A stretch of DNA of 64,000 nt from Monocercomonoides exilis PA203 (lineage: Eukaryota > Protista > Preaxostyla), in assembly GCA_001643675.2 (NCBI GenBank), contig LSRY02000002.1, forward strand, positions 1,302,001-1,366,000, read 5' to 3'. Below the pieces are notes generated by a model. That model worked only from the letters and a program-made list of their open reading frames with translations. It was not told where the DNA came from and ran no database searches. Positions 1 through 14,800 of this stretch are shown one piece after another. A program made the position numbers and the translations under genes. Positions within the stretch are counted from its first letter, which is position 1. Each line of letters starts with the position of its first letter.

Positions 1-3000
1 TTTCTTTCGCATAAATGATATCGCTAACCAGTGGAGAATGAGAAAATATGTTGAATCTGCAAGCTTCTTCAAACATCCTCAGATTCACCAGAAGATGATA
101 GTTCTCAATCGACGTGAGAGTAGAACTTGTCGGGTAATTCATCATTCCACACAAAATATCCTTCTGAGTTGCATTTTCCTGGTCTTTCTCTTTTGTTTCT
201 GTGAGAGGCGAGGAGAATAATCGTGTCGTGCTGAGTGGATTGTGCATTGTTGCGTCTCGAATGCGTGGGATGCGTGGGATGCTCAATGCATTGTCCATTC
301 GAAATTCAGGATCAGAATGAACCATTGCTGTGAAATGATAGCGCAAGTTGTTTGCAACAGCAGGCAGCACGAAACGCCTGATAAGTGAGAGCATTGCATT
401 TTGATTCAAGTAGTTGCCTGCATTCAGAATGTGATGGGCATGCTTTGAATTCAGAACAACCGGCTTTGGATCTCTGGGAGGAGACGGCGAACGACTCTTG
501 GAAGCAGAATGGATTCGATGGTGCTTGTCATTTTGTGCAGAAGAAGATGGTGATGAAGACGAGGGCGAAGACGAAGATGGACTTGTTTCAAAAGTAGGTA
601 AAGAAGAGGCTGTGAGCGAGGTGACCAAAGCTGAAGCGGAAGAAGCAACATCCGGAGGAGAAGAAATGCTGTTTTCCGAATAAGATGAAGAAGCCAAGAC
701 TGCTGGAGATTCTATTTTCGCTTCTTTGAAAGAAGCATTTGATTGACTGTGTTTTTTATTTATCTTTTGCAATTCTGTAATTACGTTCTTATTTGTTATT
801 TCTCTATTTTGTATTTGTCCATCTTTTTTTCCATTCTTCATTTTGGTCAATTCGCAACTTTCAGAATTTGAATCAACAGTACGTTTTGGGACATATTCAC
901 TTTCAGAAAGTTCATCTCCTTTCTTTACTTTTGATGATTCCATTTCAATTGTACCAGTTTCAATTGAAGACATCAGGCCATCTAACTCTTCGGAAATAAT
1001 GAACTTTTTCCCAGACTTTACATCATTTTTCATTGATTGAAGCTCTTTTGAATAAGAATTTGAAGATGATGGCGAAGCCGCTTCTTCTAAACCTCTGATC
1101 TTGTTTAATCTGCTCACAACCGCCGAAGAACGAACATCATACCAGAAAGTCTCCTTTTTCATCACTCGGCCAAGTATCATTCCCAGCATAATCACACAGC
1201 AAAAGAATGACACAAAAAGAGGATGCTCGTGTGTGGACTTCATCGAGCTGAAGCACATCCTGAGTCTACGCAAAGTGCTTTTCTCTTCCTTGTTTTCTTT
1301 GTTTGTATCCTTACTAAACGAGAAGGGTGTGCATGTGAACGGCTGCCATCCAGTCATTTTTGTGACATCGCTGTGTGCAGCCAGAGAGAAAAACATCGAG
1401 AAAGGCTGGCACGAAATTGCAATAAATCTCCTGATGAATGGTGAAACAGATGTCAAATTCGCCAGCAAACGACCTGATGGCAGAATTAAATCAAGCGGAC
1501 TTCGAGGATTTATGAGGATGTGAACAAGACAATGAAGAATAGAAATCTGTCTGAAAGACGGCTGCTCCATTTCAAAGTAAGACGGGGGCTTGCGTGGATG
1601 CTGTTTGCTGTGTGATGTTGAGTGTTTTTGTGTTGTTGTTGAAGACTTCTTTTCTTCGGTCTTTGTTTCTTTTTCCGTGTTCGTTTTGTTGGGATTGTCA
1701 GATGAAGCACTAATATCCTTTCCAACTGACTGAGTCGATTTTGTAAGCTTTGATAGACCTGCTGATGAGGGCGGCTGTAAAACAGAGGAAGGTGAAGAGT
1801 TCTGCTCAGCAGATGATGGTGAAGGTGCAGACGAATCTTCCATTTCATCAATATCATCATCTTCTTCTTCTTTGCTGGATCCAACAGTCAATGCCGAACA
1901 TAGGTATTTCATCCATGATGGGTTTCGCTGTATCGAATGGCTGATAATTAGCAGCATGGTGTATAGTCTACCAAGATCAGGAGGAGATAATAAATTGACA
2001 GATTTTTCTTTAACAGAAAATCGGTGAGTAACTTGCAATGAGTTGTGAGAAAGCAATGTTGCAGCGGCTCCCAACATTTGTTTGGCCTCTTTGTTTGTTT
2101 GTGCAATGTTACTTTCAACCATCTTTCTTGTGGCAGAGAGAGCTCGGTACACAAAATGATGTGTCAGATTTGCAAAGCCAGGAAGTTGTTTCAAAAAGAC
2201 TGATCTTTGGATGCTTCTCGGTTCAACCTCAGGAGAAGAATTGTCGCTGTTGCTTAGCCTCCGACGTAATGAAAAAGCAGCCCATGGAGGGTTTTGTGGC
2301 AAAGACAAAAGAGAGAATGAATAGAATGGATCATCAAACAGAACGACGTTGGAAGAAGTGTAAAGAGATGGGTTTACGCAAAAGGCGCTTGGCGGACTTA
2401 AATTAGATTGTGTTTGCAATTGCTTCAATGAAGCTGATCGAAGCAGCATCAAAGAATTTGTGGAAGGAGTCCGCGATGATTTTGTTGAGAAATGCGCCAT
2501 TTCATCAGAAGAATAAAAGGAAGACGGAGAAGTGCCAACTGGACTTGACGCTGAGAATGAGCTAGAAGAAGGGAAGGAAATGAGATTAGCATTTGCAGGG
2601 CTTCCGACTGCTGACAAAGAAGAGGATTCAAAAATAGCCTGATTTGAATGTGATTTCTTGGTTGGTGAAAATGTGGCTTTCAGTTGCTCTTGAAGGATTG
2701 CCACAGGTGGTGGAGAAGAAGGCCGTGTTGATTCAGAAGCTGAAGGCTTCACCTTCACAAAGTTCGCAAATCGAAATGCAGTTCCATTCGAAAAGCGAGA
2801 ATACAAAGTTGGTTGCTCGTTGTCAAATCCAAAATGAATTGTTGTCCTCTGCCTCAAAAGCTTAGCAATTCGATCCAAAGTGCTCTTTGCGTCATTTTCA
2901 GATTTTTCTGACAGAACTTTTTGCAACGCCTTGAGTGATTGAATTGTGGACTGTTCGTTTTGTTTGAAAAGAAATATATGAAGAGGTTTGAGCAGCTCCA

Positions 3001-6000
3001 TCAATGAAAAAACGTTGTTTGGATTGAAAAATGGCGTTGGACTGTGGCAAGGAATAATATGTGCATATGATTCACTGAAAGTTGGAATAAAAGGATGCGG
3101 AAGAAGAAAGTGAAGAGAAGTTGGAAGAGATTGACAATCGAAGGAAGAATTGTTGCTTTTCAAAATGGATTGCTTTTTTCTTTGTCTGCTCACTGGAGCA
3201 AGTTTGGAAGTTGTCGTTTTTTCTTTCCATTGAGTTGTCAAGCGTCTTCTCTTCAGATACGATGAAGAACGGCCGGGAACAACACCTGCCATCAGCTCCA
3301 AATCAAGCACATTTAAGACTGAATGTACGCTCAGCATCTTCATTTCAACAAGCTCTCTATTCGCTGCCATCCCATAAAATGCAGAAGAAGAAGAAGGCGA
3401 TTCTTTGTTTTCAGAGCGTTTCAAAAGGTTGTACAATGTGACAGTCTTCTGCACAGCTTTGTGCACAAATGATAAAGGAGCATAGTGGCTAATCTGAGAA
3501 ACATAGGAAATAACACTTGAAGAGCAGATGAAAGGGAGTGTGGAGTCAGAAAGAAGAGAATGAACAGTGCGAACAAGAAAGAGAAGCAAGCGGCAGAAAG
3601 GCGATGAATTAAAAAGAGGGTGCACATCACATCCAACAGAAGTGTTTGCGCCAAAAAGGATTCTGTCATCAACATCGTATTCGCTGTTTGTTGTTGATGA
3701 ATCGTCATTACTCTGTGCGATTGAATTGTTTTCAGTTTCGCTGTCTTTCTCCTCTTTAATCCCAGATAAAACTTTGGGTACTGAATTGATCTGCCGTTCG
3801 GTAAAAAGTATTGGAGACTCTTTCTCTTCTTTTTCTGAAGGAGAATTTGTTTGACTTTGATTCGATGATTGTGAAATACTTTGTTTTTGAGCGTGTTGGC
3901 TTTTCAATTTCTTTTGCTTGCCTTTCTTGTCTTTCTTTTTCCTTTCCAGCTCATTTTGATAGCTCAGCACGTCTTCGCCCAAAAGGCGCCCAACTCTTCT
4001 TTTGCGCTTTTTCCAACGATGCATCGCTTTGTTGCGTCGAATGGAATATTCCCTAAAGAATCTGACATTCGATGAAGTCAATACAGAAGAGGAAAGTGAA
4101 GAAGAAGAAGAAGCGGAAGGAGAAACGGGGATTTTTTCTGATGCATTTGATTGTTGGATAGTACTTGAAGAATGAGCAGATGGAAACAAACGAGAAGGCA
4201 AAGTTGACGTTTCGTGATTGTCATTCATTCCGTTTGAAGTTAAAAGAGGAGAAAAATCATCTGAATAATTGTGGTAATTGTTGAGTATCGTTAACACAGA
4301 TAACAAAAGGCATTCCAATGCAGAAAGTATGTTGTATTCGTTGATGAGCAGCATTTTATTTTCACAGTTGTTTTTTGTAATGTAAGTGATGCATCTCAGA
4401 CATTCAGCTGCTGTTGAGACGGCTGCATCATCCTCAAATGTGGTTAGCAATTCTGATAGAGTGGGATTGGAAGGAGACAAAGTGGCTAACTCCGGATAAG
4501 ATAAAGATGATCCAAAAGGAGAAGAATCAGGGCTGGAAGAAAGAGAAGCATACTGCTGGTGAGAAGACAAAGGAGAAGAAGAGGAAGAAGACGAGGAAGA
4601 CCCAAGACGAGACGCAAATAACGGAGATGCTGCTGGAGATAGCAGTGGAGCCAGATTGCCATGGAATGCTGCATTGCATCTATTCTTGATGTTCGCTCCC
4701 ATCAGAGACAAAGCAAACGCAGGTTGCTGTTTGGTCAGCTGGCAAACTGAACGAGCAAACAGAACCATCACAGACTCCAACACGTTTGGTGTAGGTAACA
4801 CTAAACTGGCATTATTGTTTTGCTGATTGTTAGGTTTTTCATTTAATGCTATAGAAATGCTGTTTGGCATCGCTATTTGAGGTTTTAGTCCAAATTTCTC
4901 GTTAACAATATCTAAAGCCAGTTTCAAGGGGTCTTGTTTGTTTGGCTCAGATGGCGATGAAGCAGAAGACAAATTACAAACGAAATTTGAGCTTATCAAA
5001 GAAGATGGTGAATTTGGACGAGACGAAGCAGCTAAGCTTGAAGGATGCGAAGTTAATGCAGCAGTTGGGATGCCTGTTATTGTCATCGATGGCAAATTGG
5101 CGACAAATGGTGCAGAAATTGATTGATTTTCAACGGTTCGTGAGGCAGAACGAGTAGACGCTGATGCGGTGTTTATCATTGCAGAAATCGTAGAAAGTGC
5201 AGTTGAAGGCTTCTTCAGCAAAACAGCGAAATTTGGTTGTGGTTGAGCCGCTTTTGGTTGTTGGGGCTGTGGGGAATGTGAAACAACCCTTGTTTTTCCA
5301 ATCACACGAATTCTATCCCTAACATTAGGGTTATATTTAGCAAAAAATGCGATAGCTGAGACAGCATCTGTGCACGTTGGAAAAGGAAATAGAAGAGAAT
5401 CAGCGAGAATCATCAGGATATTGTCACTCACAACTCGTTCGGCATCAAATCCCATTTCAGCGATAAATGAGAAAAAGGACACCAAATCTGATATAAAATG
5501 TGGGTTGAACATTAAATGATGGCTGGATGAAGAAGTATTCGAGGTGGAAGAATAAGGAGTCAAGGATGGCGAATACTTTTTGATATTTGAAGAATTCATA
5601 GAAGACATATTGCGTGGATATGTCGCTGCTGTAGAAACAGACAATTGTTCGCTCAGTTTTGAGTGTGCAAGCTCTGATGTCTTTCCTGAGAACAGCATCG
5701 GAGAAATATTAAGTTTCCCTTTGAGACACTGGATTTCTTCGTATTCGTCTTCCAGCTCCTTCTCATCCCACCATTCAATAGGCGATAGATATTTCTTCAG
5801 TTTCAGGCATTCAGCTGCCTCGAGATAGTACATCTCATCTCTCAGTACCTCAATCAATTGCTGTCTGCATTCGTCCACATCAAACGGAACAGAAGGAATC
5901 GAAAGGAAGTTTGTTGCATCGAAGTCCTTCAAAGAAAGCTGCAAAACTTCGCGGCTGGTAATTCTGGATCTTCTTTGTGGACTCTGTTGCGCCTGCTTGC

Positions 6001-8840
6001 GCTGCTCTGCAATTCTCATCTGTTGATTACTGGTCAAGTTTGGGTCATCCTTCCATTGTTCGATCTGATCAAGTGTCATTCTGTCAAAATTCTGCCCTGT
6101 CAATCGTTTCAATTGTGTTGTCAGAGCTGATTTCAACCGCAATCGTTGGATCCTTCTTATTTCTCTGATCATCTCGTGCTTTTCCAGCCAAAGTGTGTTG
6201 ATTCTTATGATCTCTCTCTGCAGCGTCTCACGCATTGCCTCATACACAGCACCCTGGCACAAAACACCCATTGCTTCCGAACTTCGACTAAATGTCCATC
6301 CAAATAAATTGACTCGAGAAGATAGAGGCGACGATGCAAAGGAATTGAAAGGAGATGCAGGTGGGTCGTGCATTTGAGCGAGAAACAGAGAAAAGAAATG
6401 AGCAGCTGCATGTTGAAGAGGAGGGTGGTGCGAGTAAAGCAGAATGGCCATGTGAAGAGGCACGCCAGACCGGACAATTCGAGTGCAGTGTTTGCTTCCT
6501 CCAGCAACAGATCGAATGATAAAGGCAGCAGCAACTGATTGGACGTGGATGTTGTTGATGCTCAGAAGCTGTGCGTAGAAGTTGAAGTCAACAGAACGCG
6601 AGGATTCCAAGCTGTTCACATACAACTCCAGCAAATACGAAACAATGATTTGATCGTCTTTGTTCAAGTGTCTGATTGTTCGTGGCACAAAAAGGTTAGC
6701 AAATGCAGGAGCCCATATTCTTGAGAAGTCGCTGATTGGATGAGTCTTGGCCAAGGTTAACAGGGAAAGAAGCATTGAATGAAGCACCTGAGGTTGTTTG
6801 GAGCTGATAAATGCTTGCATCCACTTTGAGCTGAGTTTGTCAACATCCATGCTCTCATCTTCACCTACAAGGAATGTGTGGAAGATGCCAGCAACTGACT
6901 GTTGGATAAGTGTTGTCATGGTTACATGTTGAGAAGGCTGAATGACAGAGTCCAATGCTTGCTGATTAGAAAATGGATCGCTCATTGAAACGTTATTGGC
7001 AGATGTTAGCGCACCACCAGAATGGAAATGCAGTACACTTCCAAATGAGTTGGAATATGAGGGATATAAAGTCGAAGCGTAATGCAAAGAAGAGATTGCA
7101 GATAAATTTTGTGGACTGAAACATTCATTTCCAGCATTATTTCCAATGTTATAGTTAACAAATGAATTCAGCCCAGATAAGGAATGAGCAGATGGAAACA
7201 CCTCAACGCCAAATTGTTTCATTTCACTCCAAAACCATTCTTCATCACATATTGGGCATATTTCATCGTCTTCAGAACTTCTTCGTTGATATCTTCTTTG
7301 AATATATTCGTTTCCCTCCTCCTCATTCAATGAACTTCCATTTTCATCTTCGTTAGCACCGTTTCTTGTTGTTGTTAGTAAGATCTCTCTGATCTTTCCT
7401 TTTCCTCTGATTTGTATTGGTGCCTCTCTTTCTTCTTTATAACTAGCAAACAGAGCAACCAACGGAATTGAATATCTCAACTGTGTTGCGAAATGCCTTC
7501 TCGCTTCTTCTGAAGGGCGAAGAATTTCAATCACACGCTGCAATGCAAGAAAGAGGAGAGGAGAAGGAATGCGGCAGGAAAAGATGGAGGAAGATGTGGA
7601 GACATATGAAGGAGGCAAAGCATCGATTGGTGCAAAGGGCTCTTGTTTGGTGTATTGCAAGCTATCAGAATCTGAATCGCTGTCAGACAAATCCAATTTG
7701 TTGTTAAGTTTGTTTTGTTTGGTGTCATCTTTGTGCTCTTCATCGTCTGTGTTGTTTTCATCCACATAGTCTTCTTCTCCTTTCTTTTGTATTGCTGGGA
7801 ATATTATTTCTTCACACAAATATTCAAGTTGCTGCAAAGGTGGCATATCAAACAGCATCAAGCGCAAATGAAGAAGACAGAACTCATATGAAATTGATGT
7901 TGAAGGATGGAAGAAGAGCAGAGTGAGAGGCTCAGGAGCAAACAGAGAAGACGCAGAAGAAGCAGCTGATTTCTGATTTTTCGAAGCATCTGTTGATTGA
8001 GGAGTGGGAAATAGAGGAATGCCAGATGAATGAGGCTGCTTCTTGGTGTAAGGCGATGCCATTGGAGTTGCATCGTAAAATGAGAATGGAGAAGCAAATG
8101 GTTTGTGTTTCTTGTCAGAAAAAAAAGCAGAATCTTCTTTGCCAAAAGGAAGGAATGAATACGGAACTCTTCCTCTCATTCCTTGCCCTTCAGCCAAAAA
8201 TCGTTTTTTCATTTTCTCTTCTGCGTGTTTTCGCTTCATCGCAAACGTTATCCACATCTGTTCTTTCATCAGTTGTGTCTGTGTAAGAAGCCGCAGAAAC
8301 GGCAAAGCAGCAGACAAACGAAGCGAACGATCGATCGATTGTCCAAACGGAAATGTTGGCGGATTGTCGACTGAATCAAACGGCAGCGAGTAAAAAGGGG
8401 TTGGGCTTGACGAAGAGGGGAAAAGTGTTATCTTCTGCCGCACAAACTCTTCTCGATCGCGCACTGCCTGCACCTCCTCATACACCTGCTGTTGGAGTAT
8501 CAGCATTCTCCTCTGCAATTCAACTGGCAAGTGGTGAGATCGCGACTCGCGAATAAGATCGTCCAATTCTCGTTGGGCAATCGTGTTTCGCTGGGCTGCT
8601 GCTGATATGACGTCAAATCTTTTCTTCTTTTTGGATTTTTCTTTGTCCTTTTTAAGCTTATCTGACTTCTGGAGCGATTTGTCAGAAGAAAAAGAAGAGG
8701 AACAACAACCGCGCGGAAGTGGGAAAAACGTGAGAATCAAGTTGCACAAGCACGCAGCACGGTACATTAAAGACGTGTGAATAAAAGGGGGATGGAAATG
8801 AATGGAATATGCTGTCTTTTTTGATGCAGTTTGAGCTCCA

Positions 8841-8871
<31 letters not shown>

Positions 8872-11800
8872 CCGGAGAGTTCACAGCTGGCTTTCTGTAT
8901 GGCGGAGTGGTTGGTCGAACTCTTTCTGGAAACACAATTTGAGATTCAGTTTTATCCTGTTTCTTTCTGGAAGCCACATTTTCTGATGCCGCTGCAATAT
9001 TTTGGCACTTTGAGCTTAAACGAGGAGATTCTGCCTGTTCTTTCTCTGTCTGTGAAGCATTTCCCATTTCCATTGAATCTTCTCTCTTTTGTGTATCCCT
9101 TGGCAATCTGACAGACGAAACAGAATCAGATCTCGACTGACTTCGACTGGAAGAGTATGTTCTTGGCTGAGGAGAGGTAAAAGCTGTTGAGCGCTGCGAA
9201 TGCATAGGAGATGTAGCAGCTGAAGAAGATGAAGTCGAATAAGAAGAACGAAGATAGTCGCTAAATGGCTGGGGGTAACAAGGTGTTGGAATAGGAGCAA
9301 AGAATTGTTGCAACAAAAGATTGGGAGAAGTTGAAAAAGTTGAAAAAGAGGAAGATGCAGAAGATGATTGAGAAGAATAGTTTGAACCAAGCAAAGGAAT
9401 GTCGAGATGAAAAGCAAAGCCAAACAGACAAAGAAACACTCCACTCCAATAAAGCTCAGATCCATAGTGCATTTCAGTCTCCTCAGAAAACAGCGAGAAA
9501 TAAGATGAATTAAGTGCAGGAAATCTGCCATCAATTGATTTTGAAGCAGCAAAAGGAGAAGACGGAGATGACAACGACGAAGACGACGACAAAGGAGTTT
9601 TAAACGTTTGCTGCTTCGGAGAAAAGAAAGAAGCCTCGGAAAAATTGGACGAGCCAGCAGAATGCGAAGGATGCTCAGCAGAAACAGATACAGACGATTT
9701 GGACGAGATCGATTTGAACGAGTCTGTTGAAAGGTGCTTCTCCTGCTGCACAACAAAAATCGCCTGCCGCATCGCAAACGGAGGCCGCAGGACATTCAAC
9801 ATCCAGAACTGGTTCCTTGCCTTTGCTGCAATGCAGCTTGTGGCATTTTTCCTGTCTTCTTCTTCTTTTAGTACTGGATCACGAATCACTGCTTTCTGAT
9901 CAGCTCGCATCTTCTTCAGCTGCTCCAGCCCCATTTTGAGCACTTGCTTGTCTCTAAGCAGTCTCACCTTCTCTCTTTCAATCAGCTCATCTGGATGGAA
10001 CACAACTGAATCCACAACAGCAAGCATCTCTTGCTCACTACGGTCACCTCGCCCTCCAAGCACACAACTCCTCCTCCTCACTTCTTCTCGCTCTTCCTCT
10101 TCGATTCCATCCAACTCTGCTGCTAGTAATTCCCTCAGTCGATAAGTTTCTTCACTTTCTTCATCTTCTGCTTGCTCAAAATCAATCATCTTCGTTTTCG
10201 CTGATTCCGAAGCTCCAACTTTGCCTTTGGTTTTTTCATTGTTTGTTGCTCTTTCACTTCCTTTTTCATTCTCCTTTGATTTTTCTTTGTATTTTTCTTT
10301 ATCTTTATCTTGTTGCTTGGAATTCTGCATCGTCTTCTGTTCAATTAATTCTTCTTTCTCTTCATCAACCGTTGTTAAAACAGTCAAATGCATCGAAAGC
10401 TGCCTCTTTTTCATCTCTTTTTGTTTGCTTCTCTCTTCAACATTCAGCAAAAGCGCTTCTGCCAGAAAATCCATCAAATACTGGATGATGTAAGAAGACG
10501 AAAAACTCGAATTTTGCTTTGCATTTTTGGATTGCTTCATTTTTGATGTTTGTAATGATTGTGCTGAAGTTGACTGCAAAGCAGACGGAAAATGGAGTGA
10601 ATCGGATAAATCGCTCTGATTCTGCCGAAAAGCCTGCATAAACCTCTGCACATGCGGAGACAAGACAGAAATCAGCTTCCCAAAGAGCAAACAATCACAA
10701 TCATCTGCGATGTTCAAAAGACGGATCACAGAAAGAATCATTGATGAGGAATATGAGTGATTGCTGGCTGTGTTATTGACTGGGGACAAAGCAGGTGTGG
10801 TGGAAGAAGGTGAAAGCGACGGGGCGGGAGTCTGTGAAGCAGCAGGGGATTGACGATTTGAAGCACTGCCTGTGAATGTGGGGGATGAGATGTTGGCAGT
10901 TGAGGATGCGACAGAAAGAGGAGATGAAGATGAGATTGAATTAGAAAAAGAAGAAGATGATGATGACAACAATGGTGACTGCGATGGGGATGGCGATGTT
11001 GATGAAGAGACAGAAGAGAGTGATGCTGACAATGAAATAGAACCATGTGCAGTGGAAATGGCTGGAAGATTCATTGACTTCTGAACAGGCACAGGCAGAG
11101 CAGGAAGAGGAGAAGCATCAGTTTTCCTGTCTTCTGACTCAGATGACGACAGAATGTCAAACAGAGGAGAAAACGAACAGTCAGATTCTGATTCTTCAGC
11201 AAGCTTTTGAGCGTTCTTTCTGAGAGAAGAAAAAGAAGACGGACGAGTTTCACTTTGGTTGGGAACAGTTTGTTTGGAAGAGGAATGCTTCAAAGTAGTT
11301 GTGGATGAAGAATGTTTCGAGCTGCTTTTTAGAGACGAAAAAACTTCCAAAGACGAAGGCTCGGAACGAGACTGCGGAATAGATGTTTGAGAAGAAGAGG
11401 AAGAGGAAGAAGATGAAGAAGAATGCTTCAGTGGAGAAGAAGCAGAAATAGGCTCATGCGATGCTGTTGAACGAAGTGTGTTGTGTGACTGGAACAATGG
11501 AGAAGTCAAAAGTATTGGCGCAATTGAATTCAAGTGCTTGCGGCTGCTGTAAAACGGCTTCGTTTTCTCTCTCAAGTCAGACAACTTCGGAGAAATCACA
11601 GCTTTCATTTTCGGTTTTTCCTGTTGAGAAGGCTGTGAATTAGCAAATGAGCCTGTTTTGGTCTCTTTCACATCGCTGTTCTTGATCGATTCTTCAATCA
11701 GCTTCATCGCCTTCATCCGCTGTGCATTGATCTTCTGCTTTGCTTCATTGCTCCTCCTTCTCCTCTCGTTCATCCCTGTGTCAATAGAAACCAGCAATTC

Positions 11801-14800
11801 TCTGTCTTTTTGTGTTGCATGCTTTCCACATTCAGACAGAAGATGCATCACAACAAGTCTTTGTGCAATGCCAGCCAACTCTTTCTTCTTTTCTTTCTCT
11901 TTCTCTCTTTCCATCGCTCGTCTGTGCAGCCTTGCTCTTCTTTCTTCGTTTCGCAGGTGTTCTTCTTGTGCTTGTTGAATTGTAATCTCTTTCTTTTTGT
12001 GAATGTTGATTGACTTGAAGTCGCTTGATGAGTCTTCTTTTTCTTTTTCTTTTTCTTTTTCTCTCTCGTTTTCTTTCTCCTTCTCCTCCTTCGCTTTCGC
12101 TTTCGCTTTAACTTCCTCTTCTTCTTTCTCCTCTTTCTCCTCTTCTTTACTCTTCACCTGTGCTTTCTTCTGCTTAGCCATTTCTTTCTGTTCTTTTCTC
12201 ATTCTCTTTCTTGAATGAATCGCAGCATAAGCCATTGGCGAAAGATGCAAAGGAGTAGCTAAAGACGTAAGTTCTATCAAAAATGGAGTTAGCCCCGGAA
12301 TTGAAGAAATATCAAAGGATGTGCTGATGAAGGAGTGCATCATGGATATCAGTGTGGTTCTGAGGATTTCTTTGTCATTGGGTACGACAAGACAAGGAGC
12401 GAAGGAAAGGGAAGACGATAAAAAACGAAGAGGGGAAGTGAAAGAAGGCAGAGAACGAGAAGAGTATGAGGTGGTTCTGGATAAAGAGTATGGGTGAACA
12501 TTTGGTGGATTAATTGAAAAATCGGAAATGTTACGAATTTGAGAGGAATTAAAGGTAGAAGAAGATTGCTCAGAAAATGTTGTGGATGTGGCAAAGGGAA
12601 GCAGAGAATTATAAGAAATTTGGTGATGTTCTTTGTGTTCTCTTCTATCTAATGCGCTTGAATTAGCAAAATTATGAGACGAATTATAGAAAATCATTGA
12701 TTGTTCAGCTTGGTTACTTGTTGCTTTTTGTTTATTTCTCTCTGATTCATTCTGTGAACGTCTTTGAGCATTCGTTGCGAGTGAAGTATCTTCAGTGCGT
12801 TGCAACAGCAAGAACTGATTCGCATCAGAATTATCCATTGCCCTATTTGATGACGCATTGAAAATCTCGCTTGGAGCTGATTCTCTTTCTCTGTCTTTTT
12901 CTCTTTCTCTTTCTTTTCCTTTTCCTTTTTCACTTTCTCTGTTGTAATGAAACAAAGAGACAGATGAATCTGTTGGTCCACTCAGTGCTGCTGGAAACGG
13001 TCGCAACGTAAATCCAGTATTGTTTGTTTGATATTCCCCTGCTCCATTCAATGAACCTTGCCTCATTGTATTCTTCTGATAAGCAGAAGCATAAGGAGGA
13101 TTGGAAGAAGAAGAAGAGGCAGAAGCATAAGCAGAAGAAACCTCTCCTCCGTTCTGAAACAAAATCTGTTCTCCTCTTTGTTGTACCGTCGAAAGCAGCA
13201 CATTCGGAAAAGGCGGTGGTGGATTGTCAAAAATTGACGGTGGGTGAGCGGTCGACGCAGAGTTCAGCTGCTTCCGCTGCATTGCCACGAGCAGCTCAGT
13301 TGCTGAGTGAGGCAGAGAGGACGAGAGAGAAGAGCTAGCCAGGCTGGACGAGGAAGTTGAGGTGGAGCGGGTGGTAGAGGAAGACAAAGTGGTGGGCGTG
13401 GAGCCAGCGGATGTGTGAGAGAGAATGGAAGGCGTGTGGAAATTGTCGTTGGAGTTCTGACTTGTTTCTGAGATGGACTTCGGCGGCTTGGAGAGGAAAG
13501 GCACTTTGCGGATGGGTTTTTCACTGGGGTAAGGAGGCGACAAAACAGCAGAGTCAGAAAGGGGGGAAGGAGAAGATGCACCGACTGTTTCATTTGACAG
13601 TGGGATATTTGAAGGCGTGGTGGTGGTGTTGTTGTTGTGCTGCTTTCTGAAAGAAGAATTCTGATGAGCAGCTTCTCTTTCATTCTCTGATGCCCGTTTC
13701 TTTGTGTCAATCACCTGTTTATCTGCTACTGAATTGCGACTATCTGAGCTTTGTTCGCTTGAGCTGTCTTGTTTCACCTGCAGCAGTTCCATCAAATCCG
13801 ATGCATTTTCACTGCTCGACCCTTCTTTGCTTGAGAGCTGTGCTGGCTGGAGTGCAGACGGGGAGTGGTGCTGAGAGGGAGAGGAAGAAGAAGAGGAAGA
13901 CGAAGAAAGAGAAGAGCCAACGCGCAGCAAGGGGGCACAATATGGCAAGGAAGGCCTGGTGGGTGTGTTGACTGAGCTTGGTGCGTCTTCAGAGAGCACA
14001 AAGGAAGACGTCGAGGTTGTTTCGTCAGTCACATTTGGGGAAGGTGTGAGGCTCAAAGAAGCAGAGCGAGAAGAGGCGGAGGAGGAGGCAGAGGCAGCAG
14101 AAGAGGAAGAAGGGGAAGGAGCAAGCACTTGAGGGAAAACAGTATGAGAAGGGTGTGTGGGTGGTTGGGCGGGGATGGCAGAAACAAGAGCGGAGAGAGA
14201 AGAAGGCGAAAGAGGCAGAGAAGCAACAGAAGACGGGGAAGAGGTGTCTTTCTTGTCCTGCGGAGGCGAAGAGAGTGTTGTGAGGGAGTTTGACGAGTCG
14301 TTCTGTTGTGAATGGAACTGGAAGCAGTTGTCAGAGGTTGATCCGTCGGGAGGGGATGGGAGCATATAGAGATATTGCTGGCTGGTTTTGGAGTCAGAGC
14401 GGGATTTCTTTGCGGTGCGCTGTCGAATAATTGACAGTGTTTTGTTGATCTTTTCACGATTGGACTGCAAATCTCTGTTTGCTTGCTTGATTTTCCTTTC
14501 TTCTGAGAGAATTCGTTTGAAATTGTTCAACAGCTTTGAAGCAGTTTGCTTCAAGTTCTTTATTCTTTTCATCCTCTCCTTCGTGTTTTTCTCTCTTTCC
14601 TTCATTTCTCTGTCTCTTCTCTTCATCACCTGCTGTTTTCTCCTGTGCTCTTCAGCGCCTTCAATAGAAATTTGCCTCAATTTTTCCTTCTTTCTCGTGC
14701 GGCTGAAAAGATCTGCCAACATCCCTTTCATCAGCTCATCGCATTCAGTTGAGTCAACATCGAAGACAGTCGAATCATCTTCGTCTTCTTCTTCGCCTTC